64,000 nt of DNA from Macrostomum lignano (Eukaryota). The stretch is from the NCBI GenBank assembly GCA_002269645.1, contig NIVC01002040.1:62001-126000 (forward strand). Reading direction: 5' to 3'. A program made the translations under genes and the position numbers. Positions 13,701-31,870 of this stretch are shown piece after piece (within the stretch, counting starts at the first letter, position 1; each line of letters begins with the position of its first letter). Below the pieces are notes generated by a model, which saw only the letters and a list, made by a program, of their open reading frames with translations, had not been told where the DNA came from and ran no database searches.

Positions 13701-16700
13701 GGATACAGTTGTGGCAGGGATACAGGTGTGACAGGGATACAGGTGTGGCAGGGATACAGGTGTGACAGGGATACAGGTGTGGCAGGGATACAGTTGTGGC
13801 AGGGATACAGGTGTGGCAGGGATACAGTTGTGGCAGGGATACAGGTGTGGCAGGGATACAGGTGTGGCAGGGATACAGGTGTGGCAGGGATACAGTTGTG
13901 GCAGGGATACAGGTGTGGCAGGGATAGAGGTGTGGCAGGGATACAGGTGTGACAGGGATACAGGTGTGACAGGGATACAGGTGTGACAGGGATACAGGTG
14001 TGACAGGGGTACAGGTGTGGCAGGGATACAGGTGTGACAGGGATACAGGTGTGGCAGGGATACGGGTGTGGCAGGGATACAGGTGTGACAGGGATACAGG
14101 TGTGGCAGGGATACAGGTGTGACAGGGATACAGGTGTGGCAGGGATACAGGTGTGACAGGGATACAGGTGTGACAGGGTTCTCACCAAAGGAGGCTCGCT
14201 CAGGACGCTGTTATACTGAACAGTCTGTTCCGAGTCAACCGGCAGAGGCACTCGAACTTCGCCAATAACTCGCTCTCTACTGAACCTATCGTAGTCCATG
14301 CATTGAATGCACAGGCTCAGCCGATCAGCTGGCAGATTGGATGGCATGGATAAGATCAGCGTCTCATTGAACACTGGCGACATTGTGTGGCTGATGAAGC
14401 GAGTTCTGACGTCGGCTATGACTGCCTGACTGCGCGCGTCGCTTAGCTGCACCTGGGCAAAGTTGTTGTGGCACAGGCCCAGTTTGGGGCCGGGTGTGCC
14501 GTCCGCTTTGTACAGGTACACCACCAGACAGTCGCTCTGGCGGGTGACGGAAAAGTTCAGCGTAATGTACGGCTTAGGCTCGGCTTCAAAGCGCTTCTGC
14601 TCCCAGGCTTTGGGATAGGAGATGCCTGAGACTGATTGCACCTCGCCAGAGGCCTGTTAACGATAAATCAGTTAGTTAGCAGTATGAAACTTGAGTAGTA
14701 TTGGAACAATATGTAGTGTTCCAACAGGGTTTTACATTGACTTTCTCTACGAAATCTGACTGACTCATATTCAGTCTACCTACTACACCATTACTTCAGT
14801 TTCCAACTTAACAGCCAACAAAACTTGGGACCACAAGTGATTTATTTGCAAATGTAAATGCTGTGCCAATGATCTGACTGATATATGTTTAATTAATAGG
14901 GGTTACATTTTGAACTTGCAGGGCAGGGAAATATTCCCGAACAACAACTGGCTATATAACTTCATTCTCCTCGTTTTCCAATACTCGTATTCCAAAATGT
15001 GTATGTTGTTCCATATTTTTCTAGACAGTACAGAAACAGGACGACTTAAGTAAGAATTAAGGTAGGATAGATACAATGCATTTGTTGTCCTTGAGTGCAG
15101 TACTAAGTTTAAACATCCGAAAACGCAACAAAAATATACAAAGTAAATCAGCGACCAAAAAGTTGACTAACCTGAATGCCTCCGTAGGGGTATTTTTCAT
15201 TGAAGTTTGCTTCAATGATTGATGAGGTCTCATCTGAGCAGCAGTCCTTCAAGCAGTTTGTCGTCTCCTTGCCTTTTCCTGGTTAAGAAAACGTTTGTCA
15301 ATGGGTCAAAGGTATCTCAAGCCCGAGAACCCCGAGACCGAAAAAAATTAAGAATCAGAGACTCTCGTTTGAAGACATTATTGACTTATGGATTCTAAAT
15401 CCTAAAGATCCAATGACTTAAGAACCTCAAAACCAAAATTCTTGAGATCTAGAGTAGCTACATGTAAATATTCGAAGATCCGAGGACCTCGTGAGCACAA
15501 GAACTCAATGACTCAATAAGGCTTCAATGACTCAAGAACTAAAGGACCTGATAACCTAAGAAAACTCAAAGACCCAACGACCCAAACACCGATTGACTCG
15601 AGGACCCAACAACCCCAAAACCAAATGACTCGAGAACTCAACAACCAAAACACACAATGACTCGAGGACCCAACAACCCAAACACCCAATGACTCGAGGA
15701 CACAACAACCCAAACACCAAATGACTCGAGAACCCAACAACCCAAACACTAAATGACTCGAGGACACAACAACCCGAACACCCAATGACTCGAGGACCCA
15801 ACGACCCAAACACACAATGACTCGAGGACACAACAACCCGAACACCCAATGACTCGAGGACCCAACGACCCAAACACTAAATGACTCGAGGACCCAACGA
15901 CTTAAACACTAAATGACTCGAGGACCCAACGACCCAAACACTAAATGACTCGAGGACCCAACGACTTAAACACTAAATGACTCGAGGACCCAACGACCCA
16001 AACACTAAATGACTCGAGGACCCAACGACTTAAACACTAAATGACTCGAGGACCCAACGACCCAAACACTAAATGACTCGAGGACCCAACGACTTAAACA
16101 CTAAATAACTCGAGGACCCAACGACCCAAACACTAAATGACTCGAGGACCCAACGACCCAAATACTAAATGACTCGAGGACCCAACGACCCAAACACTAA
16201 ATGACTCGAGGACCCAACGACTTAAACACTAAATGACTCGAGGACCCAACGACTTAAACACTAAATGACTCGAGGACCCAACGACCCAAACACTAAATGA
16301 CTCGAGGACCCAACGACCCAAACACTAAATGACTCGAGGACCCAACGACCTAAATACTAAATGACTCGAGGACCCAACGACCCAAACACTAAATGACTCG
16401 AGGACCCAACGACCCAAACACTAAATGACTCGAGGACCCAACGACCCAAACACCAAATGACTTGAGGACCCAACGACCCAAATACTAAATGACTCGAGGA
16501 CCCAACGACCCAAACACTAAATGACTCGAGGACCCAACGACCCAAACACCAAATGACTTGAGGACCCAACGACTTAAACACTAAATGACTCGAGAACTCA
16601 ACAACCAAAACACACAATGACTCGAGGACCCAACAACCCAAACACCCAATGACTCGAGGACCCAACAACCCAAACACCAAATGACTCGAGAACCCAATGA

Positions 16701-17287
16701 CCCAAACACTAAATGACTCGAGGACCCAACGACCCAAACACTAAATGACTCGAGAACCCAACGACCCAAACACCAAATGACTTGAGGACCCAACGACCCA
16801 AATACTAAATGACTCGAGGACCCAACGACCCAAACACTAAATGACTCGAGGACCCAACGACCCAAACACCAAATGACTTGAGGACCCAACGACCCAAACA
16901 CTAAATGACTCGAGGACCCAACGACCCAAACACCCAATGACTCGAGGACCCAACGACCCAAACACTAAATGACTCGAGGAACCAACGACCGAAACACCCA
17001 ATGACCCGAGGACTCAACAACCCGAAGAGAGCCAATAGCTGAAAACCCTTTGGGAAAGAAAGCTTAACGCTCAGGACTTTGGGGGTTTGATTGTTCCAGA
17101 CTTCCTGCTTGCTAAAGTACATTTAGAAAAGGTCAAACTCACTGACGGCATTCCTTCGAATGCAGCGGTCCAGCAGTCGCTGCAGAGGACAGCAGGGACA
17201 CAGTAAGCACACTAGAAAGCCGAGCACAATCACAAAGCCGGATATGACCATGCAGATAACAATCACTTTGGTGTCCTCGGTTAGCAT
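4405..17287 (-). CDS. Synaptotagmin-like protein, whole gene model: complement(join(4405..4721,11144..11255,14186..14653,15172..15278,17143..17287)), 382 aa
   Basis: Five exons with GT/AG ends and matching phases (1,0,0,1); total 1149 nt = 383 codons. N-terminal TM helix followed by a Cys cluster (VIVICMVISGFVIVLGFLVCLLCPCCP), C2A (SPVFNETL...MDYDRFSRERVIGEVRVPL) and C2B (GEILIALHYMPTAERLIVMLLKANN...PYLQV...PVFNES...HWTEMQNRPRTALAYWHKL) match synaptotagmin architecture. Subfamily not assignable by eye. Confidence 0.9.
4855..10665. repeat. 5.8-kb minisatellite, ~20-bp unit (CCAACCAAGACACAG[G/A]GGC[A/G]C) with 19/22-bp variants; in last intron of synaptotagmin-like gene
   Basis: Direct reading; variant CATGCAGCC/CATGCAACC units interspersed. 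Confidence 0.98.
11144..11255 (-). CDS. Synaptotagmin-like exon 4 (start of C2B); not in ORF track
   Basis: ccgtttcag|ACT GAG AAA GGT...ATT CCA G|gtgag; TEKGEILIALHYMPTAERLIVMLLKANNVLTQERRIP. Confidence 0.88.
11295..11905. repeat. 10-bp minisatellite (GATTCTGAGG)
   Basis: Direct reading. Confidence 0.96.
12070..14177. repeat. 17-bp minisatellite (GGCAGGGATACAGGTGT), intron 3 of synaptotagmin-like gene
   Basis: Direct reading. Confidence 0.97.
14186..14653 (-). CDS. Synaptotagmin-like exon 3 (C2A)
   Basis: ttaacag|GCC TCT GGC...CCT TTG|gtgag; contains PVFNETL and DYDRFSRERVIGEVRVPL. Confidence 0.9.
15172..15278 (-). CDS. Synaptotagmin-like exon 2 (linker); not in ORF track
   Basis: cttaaccag|GA AAA GGC...ATT CAG|gttagt; KGKETTNCLKDCCSDETSSIIEANFNEKYPYGGIQ; phases fit both neighbours. 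Confidence 0.75.
15575..17020. repeat. 32-bp minisatellite (AATGACTCGAGGACCCAACGACCCAAACACTA)
   Basis: Direct reading. Confidence 0.96.
17143..17287 (-). CDS. Synaptotagmin-like exon 1 (start, TM helix)
   Basis: gccATG context; MLTEDTKVIVICMVISGFVIVLGFLVCLLCPCCPLQRLLDRCIRRNAV; donor GTC A|gtgag. Confidence 0.8.
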
Positions 17288-17959
17288 GGCCGCTGTCCAA
17301 TTATCGAATAATACTGCCTTCAATTAGCAATTGACGAACTAACTCACTTGCTCGGTGGCTTCCAGATGGAACATAGTGGTCCGCACTAACCAAGTCCGGA
17401 AATGCAGCCAACTTTGCAATAATATAATAATGTACGCGCAAAACAAGTTCAACCTGTTGACGGGAGAAAATTCTTATTTTTCTGTTTCAATGTTTAGCGT
17501 CTTCTGGGCTATTTTTGCAGCCGTTGTTGAGGGTCGCGTCTTAGCGTTTAGCTGGATCACAGTAAGGGGTGGTTGAGCATAAATTGAATACAATTAGCTC
17601 GGGGGGGCATTGCAGAGCGGACAGACGCTAAGCTGAGAGGTGAGCATAAATGAGCCCCGTCCATCTTTTCTAAGGCCACTCACTCCGTGCCTGTCGCACG
17701 TGTCGGATGGAGCAGCCACTGACACCCGGGGCAGAGCTGTACTCGGAGCTCGACGGCCCCAGTGCGACCGCCTGCGCCGCCCCAACGCCTGCCCTTAAAC
17801 TCGCTCTTACCGCGAGAACGGACTGAGGCACTATTTTTCTATCAGAGTCTTTTGCGCTTTCTCAATATGTATTTTTCCGCCTTCGCTAGTGAATGCTCTT
17901 GCGTTCTTGTGTGCCAACAACGTGCGCTGGGCTTGCGTATGCATTCCATATACATGTAG

Positions 17960-18460
<501 letters not shown>

Positions 18461-18787
18461 TCTACTAGTATTATCTAGCAGTACATATATCCATCTACTT
18501 AAAATACTTTGACCTTTCATTCTGAATAGAAAGCAGCCTGGAACTCTGAGCAAATTTAATTGTCGCTGGAACTGCCTCTTCTTCTCCTCTCTGTCCAGCT
18601 TTACCTCTTGTGCATGTTCCCTCAGTCTCCTGGCTACTGTGTGTCCACGAGACACGTGCCATGGTTAATTTATCTACCTTTTGAGCAATATTTTAGCCTC
18701 TTATAAGCCCTCGAGAGTAGCCAAGTCTTATTCTGCTTAAATTTTTTCATGCCGCTATTGACTAGAGTACGATACAGCATCTTATTA

Positions 18788-18810
18788 AATAGACAGACAG
18801 ATAGACAGAA

Positions 18811-18851
<41 letters not shown>

Positions 18852-19140
18852 CATAGACAGACAGACAGACAGACAGACAATATGACGCATAGACGCTAAG
18901 ACACTAAGACACATAGACGGACAGACAGACACTAAGACACGTAGACGGACAGACACTAAGACACAGACGGACAGACAGACACTAAGACACGTAGACGGAC
19001 AGACACTAAGACACAGACGGACAGACAGACACTAAGATACTAAGACACATATACAGACACTAAGACCCACAGACGGACAGACAGATACCAAGAGACTAAG
19101 ACACACAGGCGGACAGCCAGACACATTTACGGACAGGCAC
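18788..19140. repeat. (GACA)n microsatellite grading into a GACACTAAGACAC-containing degenerate repeat
   Basis: Direct reading. Confidence 0.88.
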
Positions 19141-19450
19141 TCGCACACTTTAAAAGACTGATGGTTGCTCATGAGTTGAAGATCAACATCAATAAGCCAA
19201 TAATTGCTTGGGTGAGTCAATATTACAATGCATAAAACAGGAAGGCACGGTCAGCCAAGCCAGGCAGCCATTACAAAAATTGTTACACTTTGCCCAGAAA
19301 CCATTCGCTTTACTAATTGAATCTGAGTGGGGATGTTTGCCTCAGTTGGCCCCTTCTGATTCTGCTTTGCAGCATTGAGGTCCACGATCGAGGACAGGAA
19401 GGCGGGCGGCGTGAGGCACCATTATGCAGTTTGTCGGAAGCCGAGGGCTC

Positions 19451-19528
19451 TATAAATAAAATCCATGCAATGACTAGCGATTAGATTAAGTCGCCTTGAC
19501 TTTAGCGATCAACGCGGTCACCACAAGG
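19451..19528 (+). promoter_or_regulatory. Candidate TATA box and short non-coding first exon of the amylase gene
   Basis: TATAAATAAA at 19451 followed ~70 nt later by a strong donor AAGG|GTGAGT (19529). Assignment to amylase is inference. Confidence 0.3.
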
Positions 19529-19744
19529 GTGAGTTTCCAGCGTCTCAGTCACACTCTTTGGTTTCCTAGCTGTATGATAGCACTAATTCTGTGTGGAATT
19601 AACCAGATAATTTCCAATCATAAAGCTAGCTTACCAAAGTAGTGACTGTAGATTGTGCATCAAAATTTTGCTCTGACGAGGTAACCATTTATAAATTAGT
19701 AAGATCCTCTCTCTCCTAGGCATGCCTAAATTAGTTCCGATACC

Positions 19745-20890
19745 CAACCTTCAGATCGGTTGAGATACTCAGCAACCTTCAGACCAGTTGAGATACTCAG
19801 CAACCTTCAGACCAGTTGAGATACTCAGCAACCTTCAGACCAGTTGAGATACTCAGCAACCTTCAGACCAGTTGAGATACTCAGCAACCTTCAGATCAGT
19901 TGAGATACTCAACAACCTTCAGATCAGTTGAGATACTCAGCAACCTTCAGATCGGTTGAGATACTCAGCAACCTTCAGATCAGTTGAGATACTCAGCAAC
20001 CTTCAGACCAGTTGAGATACTCAACAACCTTCAGATCAGTTTAGATGCTCAACAACCTCAGATCAGTTGAGATACTCAACAACCTCAGATCAGTTGAGAT
20101 ACTCAACAACCTTCAGATCAGTTTAGATACTCAACAACCTTCAGATCAGTTGAGATACTCAACAACCTTCAGATCAGTTGAGATACTCAACAACCTTCAG
20201 ATCGGTTGAGATACTCAACAACCTCAGATCAGTTAGGATACTCAACAACCTCAGATCAGTTGAGATACTCAACAACCTTCAGATCAGTTGAGATACTCAA
20301 CAACCTTCAGATCAGTGAGATACTCAACAACCTCAGATCAGTTGAGATACTCAACAACCTCAGATCAGTTGAGATACTCAACAACCTTCAGATCAGTTGA
20401 GATACTCAACAACCTTCAGATCAGTGAGATACTCAACAACCTTCAGATCAGTTGAGATACTCAACAACCTTCAGATCAGTGAGATACTCAACAACCTTCA
20501 GATCAGTGAGATACTCAACAACCTTCAGATCAGTGAGATACTCAACAACCTCAGATCAGTTGAGATACTCAACAACCTCAGATCAGTTGAGATACTCAAC
20601 AAACTCAGATCAGTTGAGATACTCAACAAACTCAGATCAGTTGAGATACTCAACAACCTTCAGATCAGTTGAGATACTCAACAACCTTCAGATCAGTGAG
20701 ATACTCAACAACCTTCAGATCAGTTGAGATACTCAACAACCTTCAGATCAGTGAGATACTCAACAACCTTCAGATCAGTTGAGATACTCAGCAACCTTCA
20801 GATCAGTTGAGATACTCAGCAACCTTCAGATCAGTTGAGATACTCAGCAACCTTCAGACCAGTTGAGATACTCAGCAACCTTCAGATTGG
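19745..20890. repeat. 27-28-bp minisatellite (CAACCTTCAGATCAGTTGAGATACTCA[G/A])
   Basis: Direct reading. Confidence 0.96.
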
Positions 20891-21273
20891 TTGAAATACC
20901 CAGCTCAAACACAAAAGATCAATATAGGTTAAACTCCCTGGCTCAAGCAATTAGGATATATAGAGCCTCTCAATCTTCTAAACCAAGCCTCAGGTAAAAA
21001 CCCTGTTTCTGTCACTAAGTAAACAAAGTATTTTTATCTGTTGCTAACTGAACTACCAACCCATGGAATTAGGTACATTGAATGTGACCTTTTTTCAAAT
21101 TGGAAATCTAAATTTCAATCTGTCCGCAGAGATAAGCGATATAAACGGTCGCTAAGTTTGCAGGTGTGTGTCTTGTCATAGTTAAATATAGGTAAAAATT
21201 TTTAAGCATTTCTTTTCACAAATTCTCCAAGAAAATTGAGAAAACTTGAAGCATTTATTCTCAAACAAGAATC

Positions 21274-27031
<5,758 letters not shown>

Positions 27032-27229
27032 AAGCTCCAATTTTTGCAGTGACGCAAAGTCAAATCCAATGAGCACTGGAAGTTACCGTTGTATCCCGCA
27101 TACACTCGCGTTTTCTGAATAATTTACTTGTATTTGAAGGCCGAACTTTGCATATGAAATGCATGAGCTTGATAATCCAATAGCTCGAATATCAGAAATG
27201 ATAATTACTGAACTACCGGCGAAATAGTC

Positions 27230-27236
27230 TGACTGA

Positions 27237-27327
<91 letters not shown>

Positions 27328-27403
27328 ACTGACTCACTGACTCCTAACTACTGACTCTCAGGACTCCTGACTCCTGACTCCTGACTCTTGACTCAATGAC
27401 TCT

Positions 27404-27451
<48 letters not shown>

Positions 27452-27530
27452 ACTGACTCACTGACTCCTAACTACTGACTCTCAGGACTCCTGACTCCTG
27501 ACTCCTGACTCTTGACTCAATGACTCTTGA

Positions 27531-27589
<59 letters not shown>

Positions 27590-27668
27590 ACTGACTCACT
27601 GACTCCTAACTACTGACTCTCAGGACTCCTGACTCCTGACTCCTGACTCTTGACTCAATGACTCTTGA

Positions 27669-27720
<52 letters not shown>

Positions 27721-27805
27721 ACTGACTCCTAACTACTGACTCTCAGGACTCCTGACTCCTGACTCCTAACTCCTGGCTCACTGACTCCTGATTCTTGACT
27801 CCTGA
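27230..27805. repeat. 7-bp (GACTCCT)n array with ~125-135-bp higher-order unit
   Basis: Marker ctaactactgactctcagg recurs 4 times. Confidence 0.93.
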
Positions 27806-28212
27806 CTCCGTCATACACACGCTCACACAGCGGCCCTCTGACTTTCTAACCATCAAACATGTACACTCTCTTGCCTTGGGATTGGCCCTCATCGCTTTGA
27901 ATCACACGACAGGCCTCAAATTGTATAAGTCCCAAATTTGGGTGATCAACACAGCAAAATTACGTTACTTTTGTTATATTATCGAACAAAAAATCAACAA
28001 ACAACAATTAAAACACATACCAAATTTGCTTTTACATCAATGCATTGTTATACAAATTTTGGTCTTCAAATTAATTTTATTTAAGATCGTACATGTAAGT
28101 AAACGGTTTTAAATTTGATAATTGATTTAATTTCATTTTGAAACAATTACGCATCAATCAGCCTTCGATACGAAGATATGAATTTATGAATGAATAAATA
28201 TACCTGACGGTG

Positions 28213-28752
28213 AACTAGGGTAAACTATAGGGTGAACTATGGGGTAAACTATAGGGTAAACTATAGAAACTATAGGGTAAACTATAGGGTAAACTATAGG
28301 GTGAACTATGGGGTAAACTATAGGGTAAACTATAGGGTGAACTATGTGGTAAACTATAGGGTAAACTATAGAAACTATAGGGTAAACTATAGGGTAAACT
28401 ATAGAAACTATAGGGCAAACTATAGGGCAAACTATAGGGTGAACTATAGGGTAAACTATAGGGTAAACTATAGAAACTATAGGGTAAACTATAGGGTAAA
28501 CTATAGGGTAAACTATAGGGTAAACTATAGAAACTATAGGGTAAACTATAGGGTAAACTATAGGGTAAACTATGGGGTAAACTATAGGGTAAACTATAGG
28601 GTAAACTATAGGGTAAACTAGGGTAAACTATAGGGTAAACTATAGGGTAAACTATAGGGTAAACTATAGGGTAAACTAGGGTAAACTATAGGGTAAACTA
28701 TAGGGTAAACTATAGGGTAAACTATAGGGTAAACTATAGGGTGAGCTAGGGT
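28213..28752. repeat. 12-bp minisatellite (CTATAGGGTAAA)
   Basis: Direct reading. Confidence 0.96.
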
Positions 28753-29727
28753 ACCACTACGCTACCGCATCTCTATGCTCGTATGTAATTTTATGTAGAA
28801 AATTTGGTATTTTAGCTGATTTCACCACTTTGATCCTATCTCTGATCGGTTCTTGGCTTTCGGTGGATATTTTGGCTTTGCACAACTTTCTACGGGTAAA
28901 GTCAAGGTCATTAGAAAGAAATAATGCCGAATTATTAATAGTGGCACCTACATGTACATCTGACATCAAGCACCGCACTGATGGATAGTATAGTAGGTGG
29001 CACTGATGATAATAGATCTTTGCTCCGCCATCCGGAATCTTTCTACGAGTAAACTTCAACGTTTACCCCAGACCATAAGATCTGTGTGACAATGTAAGAG
29101 GTCATGACCTCAAGCTGATATATTCAGTTCTTCTTTTGAGAAAGAGTTGGCTATAGTTGTGCTGCCTCATAGAAACAAACTGTCGAGTGCTTGCAAGGGT
29201 TTAACGATATAAATCTTATACCAGGGTTAAATTTGTTTCAAATCGCGCCCTCTGTTGCCAGGGGAGAAAAAATTCTACAAAATCTGATTAGGCAGTCGGA
29301 TAGAATTCGATTCTGTGACATATTTATATATATATATATACTCGTATATATATATAGCAACTTTTACAAGGATCAAAGAGAGCTTACAGGGAAAACTGAT
29401 TAACTTTCCCCTTTTTTTCTAGTCACTTGGAAGTCTCGATCCCCCCTGTTCCTTTTGATTTATGCCTCCTGCATCGCAGACTCTCACTGGCGAGTTAAAC
29501 TGATCAGACAGGGGCAGGGGAAGGAGACAGTGACAGCTTCTCCGCTAAAGAAAACCAACCTGATTATCCTCAGTTGATTGCGTAATAACCTTATCTACGG
29601 GTATAGTGAAGGGTTACTCCGGTCTTTATACATGCATAGAGATGGCCGACCCGACGATAGATGACCTCATGGGAGCTGTGAGATGAGCTTTCAGAGGCGA
29701 AAGATTCCTAACAGTTTTTGGAGCAAA

Positions 29728-30240
29728 CTGGGTAAGCTAGGGTAAACTAGGGTAAACTAGGGTAAGCTAGGGTAAACTAGGGTAAATTAGGGTAAACTAG
29801 GGTAAGCTAGGGTAAACTAGGGTAAATTAGGGTAAGCTAGGGTAAACTAGGGTAAGCTAGGGTAAGCTAGGGTAAATTAGGGTAAGCTAGGGTAAGCTAG
29901 GGTAAACTAGGGTAAGCTAGGGTAAACTAGGGTAAACTAGGGTAAGCTAGGGTAAGCTAGGGTAAACTAGGGTAAACTAGGGTAAACTAGGGTAAGCTAG
30001 GGTAAATTAGGGTAAGCTAGGGTAAACTAGGGTAAGCTAGGGTAAACTAGGGTAAACTAGGGTAAGCTAGGGTAAACTAGGGTAAGCTAGGGTAAACTAG
30101 GGTAAACTAGGGTAAGCTAGGGTAAGCTAGGGTAAACTAGGGTAAACTAGGGTAAGCTAGGGTAAATTAGGGTAAGCTAGGGTAAACTAGGGTAAACTAG
30201 GGTAAATTAGGGTAAGCTAGGGTAAAAATAGGGTAAAGTA
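29728..30240. repeat. 10-bp minisatellite (CTAGGGTAA[A/G])
   Basis: Direct reading. Confidence 0.96.
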
Positions 30241-30799
30241 GGCCAATCGTTATTTGACGCACTGTCGGTGATTAAAATGGCTTCTTGACTTTGCGCGACT
30301 TTCCAGGGTCAAACCAAGGTCACATCAAGTACGATTCAAAAGCCGAATGGTTAATAGTAGACCTAGCTGAGGTAGCACCTGCCATCAAGTCCGCACTGAT
30401 TGATAGCAGATGGCAGTGATGATCTATATTTGTTCTGACTGGAATCTCTCTAAACTTAAGCGATTAATATACGTTTTATACGTGGATTATACGGAGGTCT
30501 AATTTGCCTACTGGACCTACTAAAAGAATGAGTCAGCCTTCCTTGTTTGATAGCTGATCTCTTTTGCATAGCCGCCATTTTTTATTCCATCATCGTATTC
30601 AATAATTTTGTTTTCTACAGAGACGTTCATGTATCTTCTGCACTCCTTTATGTATATTGATGATGAGATTCTCAATTTCTAACACATTCCAGAAGCTAAA
30701 TCTACCCAATTAAACAGTTACATGGCCTAGAGAGCCGAATGTAAGATGTAAGATCTGGATATCGTTTGGTGTCTGTCTGTCTGACTCAGTCTCCTAAAT

Positions 30800-30810
30800 G
30801 TCTTTGTGCC

Positions 30811-30853
<43 letters not shown>

Positions 30854-30900
30854 GTCTGTCTGTCTGTCTGTCAGTCTGTCTGTTTGTTTTTCTGTGTCTG
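30800..30900. repeat. (CTGT)n microsatellite
   Basis: Direct reading. Confidence 0.9.
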
Positions 30901-31051
30901 TAAGTCACGCCTCTTCTTGGTTTCGACCAGTAAAAATCATCTTAGACGGGCAAAAGTCAGCCAATGAGCTGATGGCGGCTGCCCATCTCGGACTTAGTTA
31001 AAAACTAGAACATATTAGACACGGGCAGACCCGCAAAAGTCGTACCAAGCC

Positions 31052-31870
31052 ATGCTTCAACTGGTTCTACTCCTGACAGGCTTTTTAGCCATCGCCTCCG
31101 CTGCGACTTCCAACGACCAGTGCAAGCGCACCAGAGAGCTGTACTTGGAGAACCGGCTGCCGATCCGGTTCGCGGCACCGGCCGGGGCTCTCCTGTTGGC
31201 AGATCTGGTCGTGCAGACAGCAGCTGTTCAACCCGCCCACTTTACTGACAGTCTGATGCGGCGTTACTTCCACGTTGAACCAGTCTGCATTCTGAAGGGT
31301 TGCCTTGACCGAACTGAGAGGTCTCTGGTCGTTCGTTTGACAACTCGACGCACCGAATGCATCGGAGTTGACATGTTGGCGAGTGTGGCCGAATCGGCAG
31401 CTGATGGCGTCTCCGGCGCTTTTGTATTGGGTCTGGTTAGAAACGGCACTGATTGGGAGCTACTTGAAGGTGGACTATTTACAGTTGAAGCATTCTATGA
31501 ACGAACGAGGATCGTTTGCAGTGTGACAGAGGCCTATCCCGACAGTCAACAGCAGTCAAGGTCGCTGCCGCGGTGTCAAACAGATCGCAGCCAAGAAGCT
31601 GCAATCTCTTCGACGCACTGCAAGTCTCTGATGGACTGGTCAAAGCTTTTAGGTGTACAATCAAGACCTGCTGGAGGCTCTTGCCGATCAAGCATAGATC
31701 AGGGTCGCATCCGACCGCCTCCGTCTCTTCATCCGCAGCGTCTGACTGACTACGACGACCAGGCATATGTTGGAGCTGCGATAAAAACGACTTTTGCTAA
31801 CTTAATAGCTGTCCTATGTTTGCTTATGATGGCAATTTTCAGAGGGACAAATCTGATGTTTACTCTGTGA
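31052..31870 (+). CDS. Single-exon secreted/membrane-anchored protein of unknown family, 272 aa
   Basis: agccATG context; signal peptide MLQLVLLLTGFLAIASA; non-repetitive sequence with 8 Cys before a hydrophobic C-terminal segment (FANLIAVLCLLMMAIF); NGT sequon; AATAAA at ~32072. Confidence 0.75.
   Translation: MLQLVLLLTGFLAIASAATSNDQCKRTRELYLENRLPIRFAAPAGALLLADLVVQTAAVQPAHFTDSLMRRYFHVEPVCILKGCLDRTERSLVVRLTTRRTECIGVDMLASVAESAADGVSGAFVLGLVRNGTDWELLEGGLFTVEAFYERTRIVCSVTEAYPDSQQQSRSLPRCQTDRSQEAAISSTHCKSLMDWSKLLGVQSRPAGGSCRSSIDQGRIRPPPSLHPQRLTDYDDQAYVGAAIKTTFANLIAVLCLLMMAIFRGTNLMFTL

Noticed and set aside
11990-14185. 883-aa ORF: C2A domain fused to a Cys/His/Pro repeat (HLYPCHTCIPATPVSLP)n, resembling a metal-binding protein
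   Set aside because: C2A ends at a canonical TTG|gtgag donor that joins in phase to the C2B exon. The repeat is read-through into a 17-bp intronic array and would matter only if intron retention were shown.
28213-30240. True telomeric or interstitial (TTAGGG)n tract
   Set aside because: Units are 10-12 bp with TAGGG, and TTAGGG appears only in occasional variants; treated as minisatellites.
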